Part shown: positions 8,323 to 17,658 of the stretch, in pieces | Numbering within the stretch: position 1 is the stretch's first letter | Layout: each line of letters begins with the position of its first letter | Origin: a virus | Taxonomy: Duplodnaviria > Caudoviricetes | Virus record (IMG/VR): IMGVR_UViG_3300025018_000279 | Span: 1 to 39,411 of that record | Length of the DNA stretch: 39,411 nucleotides | Direction: 5' to 3' (one strand) | The notes under the pieces: model-generated | Database searches by the model: none | Seen by the model: the letters and a program-made list of their open reading frames with translations, nothing else | Told to the model about the DNA's origin: nothing | Position numbers and translations under genes: made by a program

Positions 8323-11300
8323 GGGGTGCCTTTTGGAATGATGCCGCAGCCGCGCAAGGCGGCGGTGGCATTGGCGTCATCGCTCACGTCGTCCAGTATC
8401 TCGCGCAGGCTGGTGGGGGTGCCGTCTTCGCCGGTGAATTTGATCGCCAGCATCTCGTCGCCCAGATCGGCGCGGGCGGCGGCGATCTCGGCCAGCGCCG
8501 CCGCGCGTTCCGGGTCAACCGCCTGCCCGGCGGCCAGATCGGCGCGTTGTTTTTCACTGGCTGGCTGTTCCAGCGCATCGCGCAGCGCCGCATCGGCGGC
8601 CTCGGCCTCGGGGCTGGCGGCACCGGCGTCATAGCCCCTGGCCGGGGCCGCGACCGGGGGCGCGGGCTTTTGCGCAAAGCCGCGCACCGCGCCAAGGTTT
8701 TCCGGCAGATCGCCGAAGGTCTCGGGGTCGATCGCGCGCAGCACGTCGCGCGGGCCGGGGCCATCGAACAGCCCGCCCGCAGCCCCGGCCTTGCGGGCAT
8801 CGTCGGCATAGCGGGTCAGAAACGCGGTCACATCGTCGGCACTGGCCGCGCGGCCGTTGCGCCAGAATTTCCGGATCAGCGCCGTGGTCAGCGGCGAAAC
8901 CGCCCCGGCATAAAGATCGACATCATCCAGCAGCTCGGCCAGCGCCTTGCCGATGCTCATGCCCTCGCGCCCGGCCAGCGTCCGGGCGGTGGCGATCATC
9001 CTCATGGCATCCAGCACATGGCCGGAAATGTCCATTTCGGGGCGCACCAGCCCGGCCTCGATGTCGGCCTTCAGCGCCGCCCAGTTCGGCGCCGACCGCC
9101 CCAGCGCATCCATCAGCGAGCGCAACTCGCCGGCGTCGGTCTCGGCAAACATCTCGATGATGTCGGGGTCGCTCCAGGCGCGGGCAAACAACGCCTCGCG
9201 CAACTGGCGCTCGCCGGACTTGTTCAACAGGCCGCCCGCGTCGAACATCGCATTGCGGGCAGATCGCGGCAGACCCGCCAAAGCGGCCCGTATGAAGGCG
9301 GCATTGGCCTCGACCCCAAGGGGCAGCGCCGGGTCAAGACGGCCCAGTACCGGCGCTGTCATGGCGCGGGCGGCGGTTCTGGCCATTTCCGTCGGCGTCA
9401 GCACTGCCACGCCACTGTCCTGCGCGTCATTGACAAGCCGCACCCGCTCGTCATGGCTCAGCTCGGTCTTGCGCCGGGCGATCAGCACCGGGCGCGTCAC
9501 GCCCTCCGGTATGGCAAATCCGTTAGCCTCGATCTCGGCGCGGTAGGCAGCGGCGCGGTCGGGGTTCAGATCAAAGGCGCGACCGATCGCGGCGACCCGA
9601 CCGTTGCCGCTTTCAATGATGTTGTCCGGCCCGACAATCGGCGCGCCATTGGCCGCATCGGGCGCGGGCATCAGCTTCGCCGGGTCCAGCCGCGCCGCAA
9701 TATCGGCGATCTGGGCGTCCGAGGCGATCCGGCTGCGGTCGCGCGGCTGCAGGTCGCCAAAGGCCCGCACCAGACTGCTGGCATCCACCACCTCATAGGC
9801 CACATCGATGCGCATGCTGTCACCGACCGCCACCTGGTCGCGGCCAGTGTAGCCGCGGCTGGTGCCGGAATAGGCGGGGCCACCCGATGATGGGTCAGTC
9901 CAGCGGGCGGCATTGGCACCGGGGACGAAATTCGGACGTGGCCCGACATATCCCGTCCAGGCCCCAGTTCCCTGGGTGCGGTAAATCCACACACCCAGGC
10001 GCTCCTGCAGGTCCGGCGTCATCAGCTCGCTGCCGCGCAGACCAAGGCCACGTTTGGCCGCGCGCAGCGTGGCACCGACAATCTGATAGGCCCCCATCGG
10101 GGTAGCAACGCGACCGATCTTGCCTTTTACCCATTGCCCGTAGGCCCCCGATGGGTCGGCAAACGCCAGCGCATCATCAACCGTCAGCTCGGTCAGCTTC
10201 ACATCCTGAAACGGGCCACCCGCCCGGTTGGAAAATCCGAACAGCGCGTTGTAGTCGCCGCCGCTTTCGCCCTGGAAAATGCCGCCGCGGATCGCCCGCC
10301 AGTTTTCCGGGGCATCGGGCGCAATCGGCGGCAGTGCTCCGGCACCATTGCCATCGGCCAGCACCGCGCTCAGCGTGCCGGCCTCGGGCTTGGCATTGGC
10401 TTCGGCGCGGGCGATGCGCTCGGGCACCGTCTGCTGGTCCTGCATCCTGGCCTCGGCCTTGTCGATCGCGATCTCGCTGGCCAGATCGTCACCGCCGCCC
10501 GGCGTGGCGGCGCGGATCGCGGCGCGGCGCGCCGACACCAGGCCGAAGCCCTTGATGATGCCCAGAATGCCCGCCGACAGCCCGCCGCCCAGTGCCGCCG
10601 ACAAGGCGATGCGCGACACCACGTCAGGCGTGGGCAGCCCCAGCTCGTCGGCCACCTGAAACTCGCGCGGCAAGGTCGCAGCACCGCCAATCCCGCCAAG
10701 AACCGTTTCCGTCAGGATCGTGCGCACTGCGCCGCCGCCCACCCCCAGCGGCATCAGCATCAGGCTGGTCGCGTCAGTCATGGCGCGGGCCGAGCTGCCG
10801 ACGAATTCGGCCACGGCACCGCCGGGCTGGTCCAGCACCCCCTGCGCTTCCGCCATGTCGCTCTTGCGCTGCGCCAGCAGTTGGGCGTCGAACGCCGCGC
10901 GCGACAGCGGTTGGTCGCCCCACGCCTGCGGATCGGCCGCCGCCGCCTTTGCCACTTCGGCCAGCACCATGTCCTCGAAGGCGATCCCGTTGTTGTCATG
11001 ATCCCAGCGCCGGTCCATCACCCGCTGCCTGGCGTCCTTTGGCAACCGGGCAAACAGATCGTCGGTCAGCGCCTGGCGCTGCTTTTGCGAATAGCTCCAG
11101 GCGTCGGTGCGGATGGTCTCGGCCTGCCAGCCTGCGGCCATCACGTCCCAGGTGCTGGCGTCGGTCGCAGGCAGCGGCGGCAACCCGGTCTCCGGCGGCG
11201 GCAGGCCAGACGGGATGGGGCGGGTGAGCGGTTTCGCCACGGTGGCACTTGCCCCCGCCGCAGCACCTGCCCCTGCCGCCGCAGGCTGGGGCGCAGGCTG

Positions 11301-11510
11301 CACGGCGGCGGGGGCAAGTGCTGCGGGCTGGGACGCAGCCGCAGCCGACGCAGGCTGCACGGCGGCAGGGGCAGGTGCTGCGGGCTGGGACGCAGCCGCA
11401 GCCGCAGCCGCAGCCGACGCAGGCTGCCCGGCCCCACGCGGCACGCCCAGCCCCAGCGCCGCCGGGGCCTGGTTGGCATGGATCAGGGCCAGTTCTTCGT
11501 CCACGGTCAC
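8319..11510 (-). CDS. Multidomain internal virion protein: lysozyme-like domain plus ddrB-like ParB domain (1063 aa)
   Basis: ESGGDYNALFG...GAYQIV...TPDLQERLG (muramidase-like); LQPRDRSR...LDP...GAPIV...IESGNGR (ddrB-ParB signature); GTGA-coupled in the ejection cluster. Confidence 0.8.
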   Translation of the reverse strand: MTVDEELALIHANQAPAALGLGVPRGAGQPASAAAAAAAASQPAAPAPAAVQPASAAAASQPAALAPAAVQPAPQPAAAGAGAAAGASATVAKPLTRPIPSGLPPPETGLPPLPATDASTWDVMAAGWQAETIRTDAWSYSQKQRQALTDDLFARLPKDARQRVMDRRWDHDNNGIAFEDMVLAEVAKAAAADPQAWGDQPLSRAAFDAQLLAQRKSDMAEAQGVLDQPGGAVAEFVGSSARAMTDATSLMLMPLGVGGGAVRTILTETVLGGIGGAATLPREFQVADELGLPTPDVVSRIALSAALGGGLSAGILGIIKGFGLVSARRAAIRAATPGGGDDLASEIAIDKAEARMQDQQTVPERIARAEANAKPEAGTLSAVLADGNGAGALPPIAPDAPENWRAIRGGIFQGESGGDYNALFGFSNRAGGPFQDVKLTELTVDDALAFADPSGAYGQWVKGKIGRVATPMGAYQIVGATLRAAKRGLGLRGSELMTPDLQERLGVWIYRTQGTGAWTGYVGPRPNFVPGANAARWTDPSSGGPAYSGTSRGYTGRDQVAVGDSMRIDVAYEVVDASSLVRAFGDLQPRDRSRIASDAQIADIAARLDPAKLMPAPDAANGAPIVGPDNIIESGNGRVAAIGRAFDLNPDRAAAYRAEIEANGFAIPEGVTRPVLIARRKTELSHDERVRLVNDAQDSGVAVLTPTEMARTAARAMTAPVLGRLDPALPLGVEANAAFIRAALAGLPRSARNAMFDAGGLLNKSGERQLREALFARAWSDPDIIEMFAETDAGELRSLMDALGRSAPNWAALKADIEAGLVRPEMDISGHVLDAMRMIATARTLAGREGMSIGKALAELLDDVDLYAGAVSPLTTALIRKFWRNGRAASADDVTAFLTRYADDARKAGAAGGLFDGPGPRDVLRAIDPETFGDLPENLGAVRGFAQKPAPPVAAPARGYDAGAASPEAEAADAALRDALEQPASEKQRADLAAGQAVDPERAAALAEIAAARADLGDEMLAIKFTGEDGTPTSLREILDDVSDDANATAALRGCGIIPKGTP
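11292..11427. repeat. 57-bp tandem duplication with a nested (CAGCCG)n microsatellite
   Basis: Unit 1 at 11292-11348 has 2 hexamers, unit 2 at 11349-11417 has 4; encodes QPASA(n)SQPAAPAPAAV. Confidence 0.9.
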
Positions 11511-13660
11511 GGGCGTGTCTCCCGGATCAGGTCGGACAGCACAAACCGATAGGCGGTGCCATTCGGATCATCAGCCTGCGGTATCGTGTAGGTGCGGCCA
11601 TCCACTGTGACCTGCATCTCGTAGATGTCGCTCTCGCCCACCCGACGCAGATGCACCATGTCAAACCATGCGCGCGGATCGGGGCCAAAGGCCGGGGCTG
11701 CGCCCGTGATGCTGGCGCCTTTCAAGGCGCGCAGCGGATCGGGCGGGGTGGCCGTCGCGGCACTGGTCCAGCCGCCCCCATCTTCGGGGGTCCAGCGCTG
11801 GCCTTGCAGGTGCTTGCTGCCGATCACATCAAGCGCAGCGTCAACCTCCGCCGCCGCCACCCCCGGCGGCAGGGCGACCATCGCGCCGTTGATTTCCTGC
11901 ACCCCGCCGATGGTCAGCGCGCCTTTCGTCGTCGGGGTGGCCCCCAGTACTTGCTGCACCGCGTCGGTGTAAAGCTGAACCGCGGCCGGGTCGTCGCGCC
12001 AGCCGACGCCCAAGACCGTGATGCCTGCGCCTTTTTGGCTCGGATCCACCCCGGCGGCCAGATCGGCATAACGTGCGCGCGCCGCAGCGCCGTATTGCGC
12101 CCTGAGGGTGGGGTCGTCGGCAAAAATCCCGCCGGTGACCTCGTCGAACGTCAGGTTCATGGCGTCTGTGCTGGGCAGCGCCACGGTGCCCAGCGCGTCC
12201 TTCTGCTCGCCGCGCAGAATTGACTGGGCCAGGGTGCTGTTGCCGGTGGTCGCCATGATACCGGCCGCATGCACGAACGCTGGCGACGCGCCGATCTGGC
12301 CTGCCAGCGCGCGCGGGTCGCCTTGGGTTCCGGCGGCAAGCGCTTCGGCCAGCGCCAGTTTCGGCCCGAAGTCGGCCTTGGGGTCCAGCACGGGTTTCAG
12401 CTTGGCCTTGTCGCTTGGCGACAGCGCCGCCGGGGCGGTGGTATAGCCCTGCGCCTGCACCCATTTTTCGAAACTCAGACGGCTGAAAATCCCGGCGGCA
12501 TAGGTCTGCGGGTCGGCGGGATTGAAGTCGGGCAGTTTCGGCACCGGCAGGCCCGCCTTCTCGGCTATCGCCGGGGCATCGGTGGCCCAGCCCACCGCCG
12601 CCTCGTCGCGCCATTGGCGCAACACCGCCAGCCTCTCGGTCTGATAGTCGTGGGCCACCGGGCTGGCTTGCTCGGCGGCAATCGCCCCATCCAGCTCGGC
12701 CACGGTCAGTTGCCGGATGCCGGGTATCTCGTTGCGCAGATCAAGTGCTGCCTTGGCCGCACCGTATTTTTCGCTCGCCATCACTTCCGGGTCCGACAGA
12801 AATGCCTCGTCTGTGGCACGCGCGCCCGTTCGGATGATCTTCGTCATTTCCGTCAGGCGGATGTCGATGGCATCCGACCGCGCCTTGGCCGTCATCTTGG
12901 CCGCTTTTTCGGCCTCGGTGGCACGCCGCGCGAGCTCGCGCTCGGCGGCCAGACGGTTGCTACCCAGCAGATCGCCGCCCATGGCATCGAACTGGCCAGC
13001 GTCGGCGGCGGTCAGAAAGCCCTGCGGATCGTTCTGGATTGCCGCCTCGGCCCGGCCCTGCAATACCTCGCGGCGCAGGGTCTGCTTTTCGGTCGCCGCA
13101 GCGGCGGGATCGATCCGGCCACTGGCGGCGCGGGCATCGATCCAGGCCTCGCCTTGTGCCAGCAAAGCCCCAAAGGTCTCGGGGTCTGCTGTCACGGCTG
13201 CGGTGGTGATCTGGTCGCGCGCCTCGATCCAGGTCGCCTCCTGCTGCGAGCGGGTCAATTCGATCACCCGGTTGCCCAGCGCCAGACCGTGCTGGTCGGA
13301 CAGCCCGGTAAGGGTCAGACCCAACTGCTCGGCCAGCTTCGGGTCAATCGTCAGCTTGCCGCTTTCATCGTGGGTAATGTAGCGATCGGTGATTTCCGCC
13401 ACCTTGGCATCCCAGGCCGGGCCGATCGCAGCCGGGTCGGCGATCTGCTCGACCTCCTGGCGCGCCTGCCCCAGATCGCGGGTGATGGCAAGCTGGGCCT
13501 GCTGGCCTTGCAGTTGCAGCCGCTCGGCTTTCCACTTGGTGCCGACCTCGACCATCTTGGCCCCGAAATCGCTCAGGATCGCGCCAGTATCGGGCGTGGC
13601 AATCCGCACCGTGGCCGAGCGGCCGGCAATCACCCCTGCGGTGGGAACGGTCAGGCTCAT
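11507..13660 (-). CDS. Internal virion/ejection protein (717 aa)
   Basis: Ala-rich helical protein between the gp14-like gene and the large ejection protein; ATGA-coupled. Confidence 0.7.
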   Translation of the reverse strand: MSLTVPTAGVIAGRSATVRIATPDTGAILSDFGAKMVEVGTKWKAERLQLQGQQAQLAITRDLGQARQEVEQIADPAAIGPAWDAKVAEITDRYITHDESGKLTIDPKLAEQLGLTLTGLSDQHGLALGNRVIELTRSQQEATWIEARDQITTAAVTADPETFGALLAQGEAWIDARAASGRIDPAAAATEKQTLRREVLQGRAEAAIQNDPQGFLTAADAGQFDAMGGDLLGSNRLAAERELARRATEAEKAAKMTAKARSDAIDIRLTEMTKIIRTGARATDEAFLSDPEVMASEKYGAAKAALDLRNEIPGIRQLTVAELDGAIAAEQASPVAHDYQTERLAVLRQWRDEAAVGWATDAPAIAEKAGLPVPKLPDFNPADPQTYAAGIFSRLSFEKWVQAQGYTTAPAALSPSDKAKLKPVLDPKADFGPKLALAEALAAGTQGDPRALAGQIGASPAFVHAAGIMATTGNSTLAQSILRGEQKDALGTVALPSTDAMNLTFDEVTGGIFADDPTLRAQYGAAARARYADLAAGVDPSQKGAGITVLGVGWRDDPAAVQLYTDAVQQVLGATPTTKGALTIGGVQEINGAMVALPPGVAAAEVDAALDVIGSKHLQGQRWTPEDGGGWTSAATATPPDPLRALKGASITGAAPAFGPDPRAWFDMVHLRRVGESDIYEMQVTVDGRTYTIPQADDPNGTAYRFVLSDLIRETRP

Positions 13661-14259
13661 TCTCTGGCCCTGCTGTTGCCCGACAGCAGGCCGGGCCGAA
13701 GATCAGGGGCGGCGGTCAGCAGGCCGGGCCGAAGATCAGGGGCGGCGGTCAGCAGGCCGGGCCAAAGATCAGGGGCGGCGGTCAGCAGGCTGGAGGCCGC
13801 CCTGAATGTGCCCTTCAGCATCGACGACAGGCCCTGAGCCTTGGCCATGCGCTGCTCGGCCGTCAGTTCGCGCTGGCGGGCTGCACCGCCGGAACGGGTG
13901 GCCTGACTTTCGAAACTCATTTCCTGCGCCGCGGTCTGGCCCAGGGCGATTGCCGTCACGCTGTCCAGTTGCACGCCTCGCGCCGCCAGCTCGGCCCGCT
14001 GGGTGGCAATGGCCGAGGCAAATTTGGCACGCTGGCGCTGGTCCTGCACCGCGGTCAGTTGCGCCTCGGTGCGCTTTTGCTCCGCGATGGCCGCGACCTG
14101 CTGGTTGGCGGCCCGCATGCCGGCCGCGCCCTGCACCAGCGCGCCGCCAATGCTGACCAACGTGCCGATGGTCTGCAAGGTGCTGGCGGCCGCCACAGCA
14201 CCGGTGGCCGTTGCGGCGCCGCCCATGCCCAAAGCTCCGATGATGCCTAGAATGCACAT
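13657..14259 (-). CDS. Small internal virion protein, T7 gp14-like
   Basis: MC N-terminus, hydrophobic Gly/Ala segment, QRAELAARGVQLDS motif; follows tail tube B. Confidence 0.8.
   Translation of the reverse strand: MCILGIIGALGMGGAATATGAVAAASTLQTIGTLVSIGGALVQGAAGMRAANQQVAAIAEQKRTEAQLTAVQDQRQRAKFASAIATQRAELAARGVQLDSVTAIALGQTAAQEMSFESQATRSGGAARQRELTAEQRMAKAQGLSSMLKGTFRAASSLLTAAPDLWPGLLTAAPDLRPGLLTAAPDLRPGLLSGNSRARE
13684..13790. repeat. 33-bp tandem repeat, 3 copies plus 8 bp
   Basis: Unit CAGCAGGCCGGGCC(G/A)AAGATCAGGGGCGGCGGT at 13684, 13717 and 13750; encodes LLTAAPDL(W/R)PG. Confidence 0.95.
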
Positions 14260-16478
14260 TACCGGCCCGCCTCCTGCACCGTCGGAATGATTGCCGTGAT
14301 GGTCAGCGGCGCACCGCTGTAGGGCCGGATGCGGATCGACAGTTCCTTGGCATGGCCGCTCGGGGCGTCGATCCGCACCAGGCCGCTGAAAGCCTGCGTC
14401 AGATCCATCGCCACCGCGCGCGGCACCAGATTGGTTTGCTGGCCTTCACGGGCCGGGGTGGCAAAATCGCGCTCCACCACCGAAATCTTGCCCTGCGCCG
14501 AGCGGTGCAGACCGACGCCGAACCCGCTGTAAAGCCGCTTCTGGCGGCCCATGCTGTTGCCGTCCGGCGCCGCCGCCTGAATGTCCAGCGTCTCGGCCTG
14601 GTGCGTGGCGTCGAACAGTCCGATCACTGCGCGCCCCACTGCCGCGCCCAGATCGACAGAACCGCCGGCGGGCACCGTGATCGGCCCGAACTCTCCGGCA
14701 TCGGTCCAGGCAAAGACTTCGCGGCCCACCAGATGCGCCACCACAAATGTGGCAGTCGGGGTCGCGGGCTCGAAGGCCATGGCGCAGTAGAAATGGCAGG
14801 CGGTGGCAATCGGCTCGGCCCCGGTCAGGATGCCGAACACCGGTGCCAGGTCTTCGACGCAGCGCACCGTGGTGCCATCGATCTGGCGCTGCACGATGGC
14901 GGTGACGGTATCGTTGGCGCCCGTGGCATCCGGCGTCACCGCCAGACTTTCCGCGATCCCGCCTGCAATCGGCACGACAGCCCAGCCCAGCACATCCTCG
15001 CCGGGATCGTGGATCATCGCCACCAGATTGCCGTCGCCCTGGCGCAGCCAGGCGATCGGCTCGGGCGAGCCTTGCCACACGATCTGCTCGAAACCGGCGG
15101 CGCCCAGATGCTGGGCGATCCGCGACAGGGCAACCACCTGGTTGGCATCTTCCTGGAACGAATAGACCACCATCATCACGCGGCGCTTGTCGCGGCTGAT
15201 GAACATCGGGTTACCCTTCGGGGCGATCGGGCGGGCCGGGCTTGATCCCACGGTGCCATTGGTGCCGAATACGGCCGTGGTCGGGCCGATCACCTGGGTG
15301 CGGCTTTCCGAGCGGGTGGAATACTCTTCGCCCAGGGCCAGAATATGCAGGCCGGTGGCCCCGCGTTTGAGGTTGATCACCCGGTTGATGCTGCCATCGC
15401 CGGCGATGGTATAACCAAACGCGCTGTCCGCCTCGACGCCGGGGGTGAAGTCGGCAAAATCGCCGACCGCCGAAAACCACAGACTGCGCGGCTCGGCCGG
15501 TGTGGCGGCAAACACCAACCGCTGGTCGAACATCTCGATCGCCGCCGGATAGCCATACCGATCAGACCACGCACCCTCGGACCAGCGATAGGTCGGATCG
15601 TCCACGCAGGCCTGTGGCACGGTCTTCAGCACGGTCGCACTGGCCAGCGTCGGGCTGGTGATCGCGGTGATCCGCGCCACGCCCGCGTTGTCCGACACGA
15701 ATTTCCACTTGGTGTTGTTGTCGGTCAGCGCCTCGCCTTCTTCATGGATCGGCGCGTTCTGCCCGACATTGGCACCGGTGCGCATGGTCAGCTCATAGAC
15801 GTTGTTGCCGTTTCGGCGCTTGCTCCCGACCGTCGCTGCCTCGTTGCTGGTGAACAGCGGAATGGTAGTGTTGTTGCTTGGCACCAGATGCAGCAGGCTG
15901 CCGGCATGATCGGCGGCAAACAACGCCGAACTTGCGGTCAGCGTGATGCTGCCCGTCATGGCGCTGGCCTGCACCGTATGGCTTTCGGTCAGGTTCTGCA
16001 CCCGGAACGGGCCGGTCGAATAGACCTGCGCCGCGATGGTCCAGTTATCCAGGGCAAGGCGGGCCAGCCGCTGCACCGGATGGATGCCGTCGCACAGATA
16101 GATCACATCGGCCGACTGAACCCAGCGCAAGGCGGCGATCGCCGCGTCATTGAACGGCGTCACCAGTTCGTAAGGGCTGGCGCCAGCCATCACCAGCGCC
16201 CCATAGCGCCAGACGCGCATGCAGTTGGCGGTGAATTCAAGGGTCAGGGCATCGTTGGCGGCAAACTGGAACGGCACCAGAATGCCCGGCCGGTTGCCCT
16301 TGGTGGTGCCGCGGTAGAACGTGCCGGGGGCGCGGGTGAAACCGCCCTGGGCCAGTGGTAGAAAGCCCCGGCAGGTGGCCATGCCGGTCTGGAAGCGCTG
16401 ATAATCAAAGCGGCGGTGCAGCAGCGGGTCCAGCTCGCCGCTGGAAAAGGCCACTTGCGGCGGGCTGGTGCGTGTCAC
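14259..16478 (-). CDS. Tail tubular protein B / nozzle (T7 gp12-like)
   Basis: N-terminal QVAFSSGELDP...GGFTRAPGT, QSADV and YP....FDQRLVFA motifs; size 739 aa. Confidence 0.9.
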   Translation of the reverse strand: MTRTSPPQVAFSSGELDPLLHRRFDYQRFQTGMATCRGFLPLAQGGFTRAPGTFYRGTTKGNRPGILVPFQFAANDALTLEFTANCMRVWRYGALVMAGASPYELVTPFNDAAIAALRWVQSADVIYLCDGIHPVQRLARLALDNWTIAAQVYSTGPFRVQNLTESHTVQASAMTGSITLTASSALFAADHAGSLLHLVPSNNTTIPLFTSNEAATVGSKRRNGNNVYELTMRTGANVGQNAPIHEEGEALTDNNTKWKFVSDNAGVARITAITSPTLASATVLKTVPQACVDDPTYRWSEGAWSDRYGYPAAIEMFDQRLVFAATPAEPRSLWFSAVGDFADFTPGVEADSAFGYTIAGDGSINRVINLKRGATGLHILALGEEYSTRSESRTQVIGPTTAVFGTNGTVGSSPARPIAPKGNPMFISRDKRRVMMVVYSFQEDANQVVALSRIAQHLGAAGFEQIVWQGSPEPIAWLRQGDGNLVAMIHDPGEDVLGWAVVPIAGGIAESLAVTPDATGANDTVTAIVQRQIDGTTVRCVEDLAPVFGILTGAEPIATACHFYCAMAFEPATPTATFVVAHLVGREVFAWTDAGEFGPITVPAGGSVDLGAAVGRAVIGLFDATHQAETLDIQAAAPDGNSMGRQKRLYSGFGVGLHRSAQGKISVVERDFATPAREGQQTNLVPRAVAMDLTQAFSGLVRIDAPSGHAKELSIRIRPYSGAPLTITAIIPTVQEAGR

Positions 16479-17071
16479 CGCAACGCCTCCGCCACCCAGT
16501 CGCCCTGATCTTCCTGCCCGTCATAGCGCGCCTGGCTGGCGTTGCGGGCGTCATGGCGCATGGCTTTTTTCAGCGCCACTTCGGCTGCGGCTTTAAGGCT
16601 TTCCATCTTGGAGTGGCTGGTCAGCCAGCGCGGCCCCAGCAACACGGCCAGATGCAGCGCCACCGCCACCTGAAACGTCGCAGGCAGCAGGGCCTCGTTC
16701 ACCACCATGGCGGTATAGCGGATCGACAGCGGGCCGGGATCGTCGGCCCGCAGGCCGATCGCATCGCGCGACCAGCGGGTATCGCCGTCGCCGACCTCCT
16801 GCACCGTCACGCAATCGCCGGGCAGCATGAAGACATACGGCATATCCGGGTTTGCCGCCGCCCCGGCTGGCAGCGCGGCGGCCGGCAGATCGGCCCAGGT
16901 CGAGGCAAAGGACCAGTCGGCCTCTTCCAGACACTGCGCCATCGCGGCCGGATACTGTTCGCGCGCCGCCTGCGCCTGCTCGCTGTCATCGTCGAAACTG
17001 GAAATCGGGCTGGCTTCCATGAACCGGAACGCCTGGGCGACAATGGTGCTGGCGGCAATCGGCGTCGGCAT
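16475..17071 (-). CDS. Tail tubular protein A / head-tail adaptor (T7 gp11-like)
   Basis: I...A...ISSFDDDSEQA...WSFA...LPGDC motif; position before tube B. Confidence 0.88.
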   Translation of the reverse strand: MPTPIAASTIVAQAFRFMEASPISSFDDDSEQAQAAREQYPAAMAQCLEEADWSFASTWADLPAAALPAGAAANPDMPYVFMLPGDCVTVQEVGDGDTRWSRDAIGLRADDPGPLSIRYTAMVVNEALLPATFQVAVALHLAVLLGPRWLTSHSKMESLKAAAEVALKKAMRHDARNASQARYDGQEDQGDWVAEALR

Positions 17072-17091
17072 GATCGGTCCTTGTGGCAGGG

Positions 17092-17114
17092 CCGGGGCCT
17101 GATGCGGCCCCGGC
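17092..17114 (-). terminator. GC-rich hairpin after the decoration gene (weak terminator or mRNA-stabilising stem)
   Basis: GCCGGGGCC-loop-GGCCCCGGC inverted repeat; no clear U-tract. Confidence 0.4.
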
Positions 17115-17134
17115 GGGGTTCAACCGGCCATCCC

Positions 17135-17593
17135 TCAGTGGTGGCGGTAGACGATCTTGCCGGTCAGCGTGCCCGCCCCGGTGGCACCGGCCACGGCATG
17201 GGCATAGATGCCGACCATGGCGCCATCGGGCATTGCCGCCAGACCAAGCGCCTGCCAGATCGGCAGGCCGTGCCGGGCATCGCCGACCACCACCGGCGAC
17301 AGATAGGTGCCCACCGAGATCAGGCCGGTGTAAAGCGCGTCCACGTCGGTCGCGGTGCCGATGCTGATCGTGGCAAAACCCCAGCCATTGACCTTGAAGA
17401 TGGTGCCCTCATCCCACAACGCATCGGCGGGAACATCGGCCAGATGATAGCTGCTGCCCGAACTGTCGGTCGCAAGGTTGGTGACGGTGAACGTCGCGCT
17501 GCGGGTGCGCCCGCGCGCCTTCGCCGGATCGGGCGCGGTGCTGGAAAGCGGGGTGTCCGGGAACAGGTCGGACTTGCCTTTGACGACTGCCAT
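17135..17593 (-). CDS. Putative capsid decoration/cement protein (152 aa)
   Basis: Small beta-rich protein directly after the major capsid gene; strong GAGGAGG RBS. Confidence 0.65.
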   Translation of the reverse strand: MAVVKGKSDLFPDTPLSSTAPDPAKARGRTRSATFTVTNLATDSSGSSYHLADVPADALWDEGTIFKVNGWGFATISIGTATDVDALYTGLISVGTYLSPVVVGDARHGLPIWQALGLAAMPDGAMVGIYAHAVAGATGAGTLTGKIVYRHH

Positions 17594-17626
17594 AGCATGG
17601 CCTCCTCGATGGATGAAAACGGGAAC

Positions 17627-17655
17627 GGCGGGCCGGGGCTGACCCCCGGCCCGTC
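17627..17655 (-). terminator. Hairpin downstream of the major capsid gene
   Basis: GGCGGGCCGGGG-loop-CCCCGGCCCGTC stem followed on the minus strand by an imperfect U-rich tract. Confidence 0.5.
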
Positions 17656-17658
17656 AGC

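Noticed and set aside
13684-13790. CRISPR-like array (33-bp repeats)
   Set aside because: The repeats are contiguous with no spacers, in frame inside a CDS, and no cas genes are present.
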